Assembly (NCBI RefSeq): GCF_018398935.1
Contig: NZ_CP074694.1
Location: forward strand, 2,820,001 to 2,852,000
Direction of reading: 5' to 3'
DNA from: Telmatocola sphagniphila
Lineage (GTDB): Bacteria > Planctomycetota > Planctomycetia > Gemmatales > Gemmataceae
DNA length: 32,000 nucleotides
Positions 18,963-26,640 of the stretch are shown one piece after another. The translations under genes and the position numbers were made by a program. Positions within the stretch are counted from its first letter, which is position 1. Each line of letters begins with the position of its first letter. The notes under the pieces are model-generated. The model did not search any database, had not been told where the DNA came from, and saw nothing but the letters and a program-made list of their open reading frames with translations.

Positions 18963-19108
18963 CGGCTGTGTTTTGACTATAGAATGCATTTTTATCCCGG
19001 TTATATCCTGCTAGTATTTTGCGCCGAAGGCAAATTTGGCTAATCGGTAAACTCGGAAACCAATAGAATTATTAGCGCTTTAATCTTTCCCGTTCACGAG
19101 TCCTCCTA

Positions 19109-19289
19109 ATGAAAAAGTTTCGGGTTCGATATTTCGTTTTTGGGGTTCTCCTCCTAACCGCCTTATGGTTTGGCATACGGCCTCGAGCCAACTTAGAAGA
19201 AACGATTTCCGCGCAAGCCGATCCTATTTTAACCCTAATTCCTTCCGAACTTTTCAAAGGCGATTTGCATCAAATTGAGCCACACCTAG
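19109..19289 (+). pseudogene. 5' part of a secreted or membrane-anchored 225-aa protein gene, split by IS copy 2
   Basis: MKKFRVRYFVFGVLLLTALWFGIRP is a signal or anchor sequence. The frame runs straight into the IS at 19290 and rejoins 21150-21646 in frame after excision. Confidence 0.75.
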
Positions 19290-21144
19290 ACCTTAAACAA
19301 GCGAAGTTTTTGATGCCAATTCCGTGGGGAGTTTTAGCGAGATAGTTCGATGAGTCCTCCGCGCCGGAGCTTTTCGCTCGGCCGAACGCATACTTCCATT
19401 TTTCAAACATTCTTCCTTTCCGCGAATAGCTCTCGGCGTTTTAACGGATCGGGACATCCGGATCCCGACTTCATTCGGTCGAACGATCAGCACCTCAGTG
19501 CTTTCAGTAGTCGGAAGAAGATTGGCAAGTGCGGGTTCCAGCCGAGCAATCGATAGACGATGCGGCCGGCCTTCCGGACGATCTGACAAGGCAGAAGCAT
19601 GAAAGCATTGAGGAAGGTTTTGAATTCCATTTTCAAAACCGACTGCTTCTGGTCCCGATGCTTTTCCCGCCAGCGACCAGGAGTTTCCGGCAACGTCAAG
19701 GCCCACCAGGCTTTCAAGTTCCAGGCCAGGGAGGCCATCACCATGTACGCCCAATTGCTTTCCAGATCGTGCAGCGGCGCGTGCAAGGCCCGGCAACCGC
19801 CCTTGAGCTGCGCTATCAGATTTTCCTGATTGCAGCGATCGTTGGCTTCGTAGACGACTTCCGCGGCCGTGCACTCCCGGTCGTTGGTGATGTAGAAGAA
19901 ATAGCGTTCGTCCGGATACAGAACGGATTCGCCTTTTTCCACGGAAAGATTCTTGCGAATCACCACCAGGCGATACGCCCTTCGGCAAGCGGTCGGTTGG
20001 TACTCGAACTCGGCCACCGCTTCGGAGATCAACTTCACATTTACGAATTCCCGCTCTTGGACGATCCGCTCCTTGGTGTTTTCCCGTCGGTGTCGCAACT
20101 TCGCTTTCGCCGAGTATTGCGCGGGACGCTCGAGCTTGTGCCAAGCCGCTTCCGGCAGGTTTTCCGCGATTGCTTCGAGGTTTTGCTTCGAATCGTAGCC
20201 GAAATAAAAGCGTACCTTGGCGTTGGCATCCCAGCCGTCGAGGCGAGTGGTCTGCGAGAAATCGGTGTCGCCGCGAAAGACGATCCTGCGAAAGCCCGCT
20301 TGAAGGCACAGCAAAAGAGCCCGGTCGAGTTCGACCGCGGCCCCTTCGTGCGAAGGGCGATTGCCGGGACGGTTGACGATGCTCAGCGTCTCACCGGTGT
20401 TGGCCAGGGTCACCGCCAGGGGGTGGTAACACCAGTCTCTGTTATAGTTGATGTCCATCCCCGCTTTACGCTCGCCACGCGTTTGGGTAAAGCTGCCGTC
20501 GGCGTCGATCTTCGCGCATTCCCAAAAGGAATCGGGTTGCTTCGACCAGACGCGTAAACGGGTCTGGTTGAAAGCGTCGATCAAAGCCTGGATGCTGCCA
20601 CTATCGAAGCGTCGACAAAAGTCGCCCGAAGTAGTCGGGTCGGGAAAACGCTGGGTACCCAAGGCGTTGAGAAAGTTCTCGTCGCTGCGACGCAGTTCCA
20701 TGTCTTGCAGGCAGGTACCCCCGCAAAGGGAATTGTAAGCGATGGCCAATACGTGGTCCGATTCCGAGTAAGGCCTTTGAAATTGGAGCAGATGCAGCTT
20801 CTCGTCGATGTCGTCGATCAGTCCGATACGCCGGGCCAGAAGGTGCATGGCCCCGAGGCCTCCGCAACTGATCGCCCCCACGCGTTCGGAGACTTCGTAA
20901 TGAATGTTGGAGGCGTCGAAAGAAGGAGCGAAGGTCATCGCGGCCTCTCGCTTAGCCAGGCGACGTTCGATTCGACTCTTGCATTTTTGAAACCAACGTC
21001 CGAAAATAACATTCACTCGAAACTCCTTTTTGCGACTGTCGATTTGTTAAGCGGTTACTTACACAAACCGCAGAAAACAAAAAGGATTTCGAGCTTTCTT
21101 CGATAAATCGAAACAATTCCCCAAAAAACTACGCTGTTTTAAGG
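19290..21144 (-). mobile_element. IS1380-family-like insertion sequence, copy 2 (1855 bp), intact transposase
   Basis: Same termini as copy 1. Flanked by CCTAG at 19285-19289 and 21145-21149. Confidence 0.9.
19487..21016 (-). CDS. IS1380-family-like DDE transposase (509 aa)
   Basis: The N-terminal region ISCGGLGAMHLLARRIGL...SESDHVLAIAYNSLCGGTCLQDMELRRSDENFLNALG...DPTTSGDFCRRF fits the IS1380/ISEcp1-type pattern as I recall it. The C-terminal YEANDRCNQENLIAQLK carries the R-x3-E-x6-K signature of IS4/IS1380 transposases. Confidence 0.85.
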   Translation of the reverse strand: MNVIFGRWFQKCKSRIERRLAKREAAMTFAPSFDASNIHYEVSERVGAISCGGLGAMHLLARRIGLIDDIDEKLHLLQFQRPYSESDHVLAIAYNSLCGGTCLQDMELRRSDENFLNALGTQRFPDPTTSGDFCRRFDSGSIQALIDAFNQTRLRVWSKQPDSFWECAKIDADGSFTQTRGERKAGMDINYNRDWCYHPLAVTLANTGETLSIVNRPGNRPSHEGAAVELDRALLLCLQAGFRRIVFRGDTDFSQTTRLDGWDANAKVRFYFGYDSKQNLEAIAENLPEAAWHKLERPAQYSAKAKLRHRRENTKERIVQEREFVNVKLISEAVAEFEYQPTACRRAYRLVVIRKNLSVEKGESVLYPDERYFFYITNDRECTAAEVVYEANDRCNQENLIAQLKGGCRALHAPLHDLESNWAYMVMASLAWNLKAWWALTLPETPGRWREKHRDQKQSVLKMEFKTFLNAFMLLPCQIVRKAGRIVYRLLGWNPHLPIFFRLLKALRC

Positions 21145-21149
21145 CCTAG

Positions 21150-21646
21150 GTTTGACCACGGGGTGTTATGAGGTGGCATTCAATCGACCTCAAATGTATT
21201 TGAGATTGGAAACTGAACAATGGAGCAAAGGAATAAAAATTTCTCGTGGCAATAATAGCACAAAGTCCATGGTTGAGAAATTTCCAGGTACTCTCTCCTT
21301 CAGTTTTAAAGATTTAGGCAACGTCGATGGCAAGAAAAAGTACCAGTTGATAGGATCTTTTCAAGCGGAACAGAGTTCGGGCTCGATTTCCTCTCGCACC
21401 ATGATTGATGAATATCCAACGGAGTATCCCAGTAATCGTATTATTCAAACTTACGTTCGCGAAATTAAAGAAAAATTCGAACTGAAACCTGGCGAGAGTA
21501 AAACAATTTGGAGTATATCTTTTCAAGAGATGCCAAAAACCTCGTTTCAGATACCGATAACTATTGAAGAAGCTATTGAAGCCGCGGATTGGACGATCAC
21601 TTTCAAGTTGAGCTATACTTTGCATTTCGAAGATCTAGTCGATTAG
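21150..21646 (+). pseudogene. 3' part of the 225-aa protein gene split by IS copy 2
   Basis: The frame is open from the IS junction, with no stop between 21143 and 21646. The track start TTG 21152 is two bases inside the junction. Confidence 0.7.
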
Positions 21647-21663
21647 CATCAGTCATCGCAGCT

Positions 21664-21699
21664 AGCGTAAGATCATTGGAGCGATTAGGATCTTACGCT
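21664..21699. repeat. Palindromic intergenic element, copy 2
   Basis: agcgtaagatc (21664-21674) pairs with gatcttacgct (21689-21699): 11-bp stem. Homologous to 9481-9516. Sits between convergent genes, like copy 1. Confidence 0.7.
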
Positions 21700-21849
21700 G
21701 ACGCGTTACCTTCGACTTATCCTTCCGAAACCTGCTAAGTTTGCTTATTAGCTTAAGTCGACGTCCGTTTTAGATGAAGAAGTCCAAAGTTCTGTAGGGT
21801 AAAATCTCGAACTTGAAGTTTCCTTCTGCTGGCTACGATACAGTATTCT

Positions 21850-22953
21850 TCAGCTTGAAGTGAATCCTGGCTTAAGCGAATCCTGCCTTAGGTTAACCCA
21901 TGATGAGACTTCCTTGAGTAGTTTGACACCAAGTTCGATTGAAGGAATGATCAATTCGTAAGTTGTAGGATCATCTAAATTGATCCGGTCTCCAATATTC
22001 AGCTTCGGAGCATACTTGGCTACTCTCTGTTTTTCCCAGTACTCTTGGTCAACAACGCCTGATTTGTGCGCGACTAGGTTCCGAACAGTAGCCAGAGAAT
22101 CGAGTACGTTGCTAGCTAAGATTTCGTCAATGGTTTTCGATTTCAAGGATCTACATGTCTCAGGGAAAGCCATGCTATAGGCTTCCCTGACAGCTTGGAG
22201 TGAAGAAAAGCCGACTCGATTCCCTGCAAATAGTAAATCACCCATTTTTTTGCTCAGATCAAATTCACCCTTTGTTATCTGTTCAATCAGATTAAGTGAA
22301 ACTTCTTTCGTAGATTTCTGGGAGGTAGTATTTGTGGATTTATTCTCACCTTCATCCGACTTTGAAGAGCCTGAAACCATTGACAAGATGCGGCCTTTCT
22401 TACCTGTCAATTTGGCGAGTGGACTAGGGCAAATATTCACGGCCTCAATCCAAAGGTCACCTACCATTGTCTCGAAAGCTGACCAAGCTAATAACACCTG
22501 CGAAAGCTTAATCGTATGCAAATCATCTGAGACATGTTTAGGTGTCACAGCTTTTACGTATTTAGAATACACTCCTCCATAGTTTGGTGGGTAAGGCCAT
22601 TGCTTTTTCTTCGTGAGTAATTCGAAGGTTAAAGCAGAGTGCTCCGAAATTTTTTCTCTGTCCTCTTCCTTGGATATGTCGAGGCTAACTCCATTGAAGT
22701 TCTCTGCACCATAAAGCATGAAATTTGCTGCTATTTCCGCACGAGCGATTTGCTGGCCCATACTCACAAATTGCATTGGGGCCCATGAAAGAGTACTTAA
22801 AAGTTCACAATTCCTCCTGTAGACAGAAGCAATTTCCTGTACTTCTGGAAGCAAATTTTCGTTTTCAATTCCTTTAAAAGGAATTAGTGCATCTGCTGGA
22901 CTCATCGACTTGAGTTCTCTAGAAACTACTTCCATAAAGATCAATCCCGTCAT
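21850..22953 (-). CDS. Hypothetical 367-aa protein with a C-terminal HEPN-like (Rx4H) motif; candidate RNase or abortive-infection protein
   Basis: ATG at 22951-22953. LDSLATVRNLVAHKSGVVD (motif encoded at 22066-22083) is R-N-x3-H. An upstream helix LLAWSAFETMVGDLW and a Ser/Lys/Thr-rich linker precede it. AT-rich by eye. Confidence 0.55.
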   Translation of the reverse strand: MTGLIFMEVVSRELKSMSPADALIPFKGIENENLLPEVQEIASVYRRNCELLSTLSWAPMQFVSMGQQIARAEIAANFMLYGAENFNGVSLDISKEEDREKISEHSALTFELLTKKKQWPYPPNYGGVYSKYVKAVTPKHVSDDLHTIKLSQVLLAWSAFETMVGDLWIEAVNICPSPLAKLTGKKGRILSMVSGSSKSDEGENKSTNTTSQKSTKEVSLNLIEQITKGEFDLSKKMGDLLFAGNRVGFSSLQAVREAYSMAFPETCRSLKSKTIDEILASNVLDSLATVRNLVAHKSGVVDQEYWEKQRVAKYAPKLNIGDRINLDDPTTYELIIPSIELGVKLLKEVSSWVNLRQDSLKPGFTSS

Positions 22954-22981
22954 ATTTGTTCTTTAGCCGTGGAACAAATGC

Positions 22982-23122
22982 TTAAAATTGAGCCAGAAGC
23001 CTGCGATAGGCTTCTTCCTCCCGGAATTTGCCGAGGAGATAATCTCGACCTTCAATGGTGACTCTGGCCTGACCAGAAGAGTGTAATCGGAGTTGTGGGA
23101 TTGCGTTTTTGGGACGCGGCAT
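22982..23122 (-). pseudogene. 46-codon stub resembling the N-terminus of a tyrosine integrase
   Basis: MPRPKNAIPQLRLHSSGQARVTIEGRDYLLGKFREEEAYRRLLAQF* resembles the N-terminal arm region (...HK.SGQA.V.L.G.D.YLG...Y..L...) of integrases I recall from Planctomycetes. It lies 112 nt from the 3' end of tRNA-Val on the same strand. No catalytic domain follows. Confidence 0.45.
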
Positions 23123-23234
23123 GTTGAAGTTCCAGGGTTTTCGGGAAGATTCCCAAAAACTCAGGTCTTGTAGCCGCACTCCCGACCATCGAGAGGTAAA
23201 CGTAAACGCTTCGGAATTCAGCAGTTAAGCCGAA

Positions 23235-23307
23235 TGGGCGTTACTGGATTTGAACCAGTGACTTCCACCGTGTGAGGATGGCACTCTAGCCGCTGAGTTA
23301 AACGCCC
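23235..23307 (-). tRNA. tRNA-Val (anticodon CAC), 73 nt, CCA not encoded
   Basis: The rc folds as a cloverleaf. Acceptor GGGCGTT/AACGCCC, D stem ACTC/GAGT, anticodon stem CCATC/GGTGG (one G-T pair), anticodon loop CTCACAC, T arm ACTGG-TTCAAAT-CCAGT, discriminator A. Confidence 0.9.
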
Positions 23308-23375
23308 GTTCTATTACATATACACTAGAGATAGGAATTTGAAAAGGGGTTCGCCCCAAACTCTGGGAGCAATGC

Positions 23376-24560
23376 ATGTTTGACCTTTCCGCGGTACAGG
23401 CCGCCCTCCAACAGATGAATCTCGACGGCTGGTTACTCTACGATTTTCGCGGCCTCAACATCCTCGCCAAACGCGTGGTCTGCCTACCGGAAAATCAGAT
23501 GCTCTCCCGGCGCTGGTTCTATTACGTACCGGCCAAAGGCACTCCCCAGAAACTCTCGCACAAAATCGAACCGGCGGCTCTCGATCAACTCCCCGGCGAT
23601 AACCATATCTATCTCCGCTGGCAGGAACTCGAAGCCGGTGTGAAAAAAATCCTGGGAAATGCCAAGAAAATTGCCATGGAGTATGTGGCGTTCAACCGTA
23701 ACCCCTACATCAGCCGGGTCGACGCCGGTACCATCGAAATCGTGAAAGCCCTGGGATTGGAAATTGTTCCCTCCGGCGATCTGATTCAACTTTTCGAAGC
23801 CTGCTGGTCCGACGAACAGTGGGAAATGCACAAACAGGCTTGCGTGCATACCGACTCCGCTTACACGGTAGCGGCCAACTTTATTGCTTCCGAAATTCGG
23901 GCCAAGGGCTTCACTACCGAAATCGACGTGCAAACCCGCATCATGAAACACTTTGCGGACAACGGCCTGACCACCTATTCCCCACCTATCGTCGGGGAAG
24001 GCCCCCATTCCGGCGATCCGCACTATTCCCCGTCTCTCGATCACAATTTCAAAATCGAAAAGGGAGATTTCGTTCTGATCGATCTGTGGGCCAAGGTGAA
24101 TAAGCCGAACGCGGTCTACTCCGACCTTACCCGAACCTTTTTTGTGGGCACCGAAGTGCCGGAAAAGTATACGAAGGTCTTCAAGGTCGTGGCCGCCGCC
24201 CGGGATGCCGGTATTCAGATCGTGAAAGATCACTTCAAAAAAGGTATCCCTCTCTACGGCTGGCAGGTGGATGATGCAACTCGAAAAGTGATAGATGACG
24301 CCGGTTACGGCGAATACTTCTGCCATCGTACCGGGCACAGCATCGGCCAGGAAGTGCACGGCAACGGGGCCCACATGGACAACCTGGAAACCCGGGAGGA
24401 ACGACGCGTCCTCCCCCGGACCTGTTTTTCCATCGAACCAGGAATTTATCGGGCGGAATTTGGCGTCCGATCGGAAATCAACGTCTACGTGGACGCCAAG
24501 AATGAAGTACACGTCACCGCCGGGGAATTGCAGCAGGAAATTATCAAGATTGTCGTGTAG
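23376..24560 (+). CDS. M24 family metallopeptidase (Xaa-Pro aminopeptidase/dipeptidase-like)
   Basis: FVLIDLWA, HRTGHSIGQEVHGNG and SIEPGIY are pita-bread-fold metal-ligand motifs. GGGAG lies upstream of the ATG. Confidence 0.85.
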   Translation: MFDLSAVQAALQQMNLDGWLLYDFRGLNILAKRVVCLPENQMLSRRWFYYVPAKGTPQKLSHKIEPAALDQLPGDNHIYLRWQELEAGVKKILGNAKKIAMEYVAFNRNPYISRVDAGTIEIVKALGLEIVPSGDLIQLFEACWSDEQWEMHKQACVHTDSAYTVAANFIASEIRAKGFTTEIDVQTRIMKHFADNGLTTYSPPIVGEGPHSGDPHYSPSLDHNFKIEKGDFVLIDLWAKVNKPNAVYSDLTRTFFVGTEVPEKYTKVFKVVAAARDAGIQIVKDHFKKGIPLYGWQVDDATRKVIDDAGYGEYFCHRTGHSIGQEVHGNGAHMDNLETREERRVLPRTCFSIEPGIYRAEFGVRSEINVYVDAKNEVHVTAGELQQEIIKIVV

Positions 24561-25533
24561 GGACTTCAGGATTGACGCAACTGGTCATCTTCTGGCCGGT
24601 CAGTCCCGCGATGAGATTTTCCGCACAAATCCGGGCCATGGCGTTCCGAGTGGGCACCGTGGCACTGGCAATGTGCGGAGCAATCACGCAATTCGAGAGC
24701 GAATAAAGCTCATGGGTGGGTGGCAGAGGTTCAGGATCGGTCACATCCAGCCCGGCCGCGAAAATCTTTTGACTGCGTAAAGCCTGCGCCAGGGCCGTCT
24801 GGTCCACGACTGGACCTCGGCTAGTGTTCACAAATACTACGTGCGACCTCATTTGAGCGAATTGCTCGGCCCCGAACAGCCCCTTGGTGGTCTCATTCAG
24901 ATCGCAGTGCACGGAAACGAAGTCGCTTTCTTGAAGCAGTTCGCTCATCTGCACCTGGCGGGCCTGTAACTCCTGATCTGATTCCGGTTTCGGGGAGCGC
25001 GACGTATAAATGACTTTCATCCCCCAGCCGAAGTGACAACGGCGAGCCAACGCATGACCGATACGACCCATGCCTACGATACCTAGCGTCCTGCCCTGAA
25101 GTTCCTGGCCGATCCAACCCAGCGGCTCCCAGGTTTTCCAGCGCCCGGCCTTGGCATCTTCGCAACTTTCGGTCAATCGGCGAGAGGCCGCCAGCATCAA
25201 GGTCATGGCAATATCGGCCGTCGCTTCCGTTAGTACTCCCGGAGTGTTTCCGATTGGGATCTTACGTGCAGTGGCCGCCGGAATATCGACGTTGTTGACG
25301 CCAACGGCAAAATTGCTGATGATGCGAAGTTTTGGGGCGGCATCCATCACGCTGGCATCCACCCGATCGGTCAACAGGGATACGAGCCCTTCGCAATTCT
25401 TCACTTTTTGTCGCAAGACTTCCGGCGCGGGGGGAAGCTGCTCGGGCCAAATATCGAGATCGGCATATTTGGCCATTTTTTCGAGACCGAAATCAGGAAT
25501 TCGCCGGGCGACAAAAACGTGAGGAAGTGCCAT
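24544..25533 (-). CDS. D-isomer-specific 2-hydroxyacid dehydrogenase (glyoxylate/hydroxypyruvate reductase-like)
   Basis: GRTLGIVGMGRIGHALARR is an NAD-binding G-x-G-x-x-G loop. NTSRGPVVD and IAPHIASAT are the catalytic region. The 3' end overlaps the convergent M24 gene by 17 nt. Confidence 0.85.
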   Translation of the reverse strand: MALPHVFVARRIPDFGLEKMAKYADLDIWPEQLPPAPEVLRQKVKNCEGLVSLLTDRVDASVMDAAPKLRIISNFAVGVNNVDIPAATARKIPIGNTPGVLTEATADIAMTLMLAASRRLTESCEDAKAGRWKTWEPLGWIGQELQGRTLGIVGMGRIGHALARRCHFGWGMKVIYTSRSPKPESDQELQARQVQMSELLQESDFVSVHCDLNETTKGLFGAEQFAQMRSHVVFVNTSRGPVVDQTALAQALRSQKIFAAGLDVTDPEPLPPTHELYSLSNCVIAPHIASATVPTRNAMARICAENLIAGLTGQKMTSCVNPEVPTRQS

Positions 25534-25610
25534 GGGAAGCCAATTTCCATCTAGGGTTGAAAAAGTCCGTAGCGGGATTTTACGAATTGAAAGTTCCAGG
25601 AGGACAGCGT

Positions 25611-26399
25611 TTAACGCTTTCCGACCGTTTCAGCGCCCTGCCCGCCGACATGCTCGTCCACCGTTTGAGCGACCATCCAATCCGGCAGGAACCGGGCCAA
25701 TTTCGTCAATCGGGTTGTCGCCCACGGGAAATTGTAAATCTTCCGTCTCGACTGAAGAGCGGCCACCATCCGCCGGGCTGCTTCGTCGGCTTCCAACACG
25801 AACATCATTCCTTTATTGGTTTCCGTCATGGGAGTTTTGATGAAACCGGGGCAAATTGTAGTGAAGCGCACACCGCTGCGACGGAGTTGAATTCGCAGGC
25901 TTTCCATGTAAGCGTTCACCCCGGCTTTGCTGGCACAATAAGCGGCGGCCCCGGGCAAACCCTTGTAAGATGCCAGACTGGAAACCGCGGCAATCTGCCC
26001 ACTCTTGCGTTCCAGCATTTTCGGTAGAACGGCCCCGATACTGTAGATCACCCCGAGAAGATTCACTTTGATCAGGGCTTCCGCTTCGTCCAACTTCAGA
26101 TTATCGGGGGTATTAGTGGAACCGACTCCCGCGTTGGCGATGAGAATATCGACAGGCCCGAGTTGTTGCTCCAAGGCAAAGATGGCGTTCGTCAGGCTGG
26201 CGCGGTCCGCCACATCGGCCCGCTGATAACCCGCCGTGCCACCTTTGGCCTGCAACTCGGCGACGAGATTCTTGAGCAAATCCTCCCGGCGGGCGATTAA
26301 ACCGACTTTGGCCCCCTGTTTGACCGCTTCTTTGGCCAGAGCCTGCCCTATACCGCTGGAGGCCCCGGTAATCAGCACATTCTTGTTCTTCCAGTCCAT
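25611..26399 (-). CDS. Short-chain dehydrogenase/reductase (SDR) family oxidoreductase
   Basis: VLITGASSGIGQALA (TGxxxGxG) and YCASKAG (YxxxK). Confidence 0.9.
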   Translation of the reverse strand: MDWKNKNVLITGASSGIGQALAKEAVKQGAKVGLIARREDLLKNLVAELQAKGGTAGYQRADVADRASLTNAIFALEQQLGPVDILIANAGVGSTNTPDNLKLDEAEALIKVNLLGVIYSIGAVLPKMLERKSGQIAAVSSLASYKGLPGAAAYCASKAGVNAYMESLRIQLRRSGVRFTTICPGFIKTPMTETNKGMMFVLEADEAARRMVAALQSRRKIYNFPWATTRLTKLARFLPDWMVAQTVDEHVGGQGAETVGKR

Positions 26400-26640
26400 A
26401 TCGCTTACCTTCCCGGCAAAGTTTCACCAATGAGTAGCCTCACCGCCAAAGCCGTTCTTTTTTATCTTCGGAACTTCCGGAGGAACCGGACACATCTATT
26501 AGAGCAAGTAAAGCGACTGGAACGGATAAGTATGGTGAAGCCTACCAGAAATGTGTTTTAGGAGATTGGCATCATTCGGCATAACGGTCATGATTAATTG
26601 TTAACCTTGATTAGCGTCCTTTGCCGTTTCGGGTGGTAGC

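Noticed and set aside
10326-21144. The two direct IS copies plus the 7.1 kb between them as a composite transposon.
   Set aside because: Each copy has its own matching target duplication (ACTAG/ACTAG and CCTAG/CCTAG) and interrupts a different gene. They therefore inserted independently. A composite unit would share one duplication at its outer ends only.
9430-23234. A distal att repeat of the tRNA-Val 3' end that would define the island edge.
   Set aside because: Scanning the intergenic stretches by eye gave only a 7-nt match (gcgttac near 21703). That is not significant, and a proper exact-match search is needed.
23484-24512. A 342-aa antisense ORF across the M24 peptidase gene.
   Set aside because: It is the mirror frame of a motif-supported gene and has no motifs of its own.
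24544-24560. The 17-nt convergent overlap of the M24 peptidase and dehydrogenase 3' ends as a regulatory feature.
   Set aside because: Short convergent overlaps are common in compact genomes, and no structure or motif was seen there.
25332-26027. A 231-aa plus-strand ORF bridging the dehydrogenase and SDR genes; also 28306..29046 (-) and 5931..6437 (-).
   Set aside because: All are antisense to genes with clear family motifs or coding-like composition, and none has a convincing RBS.
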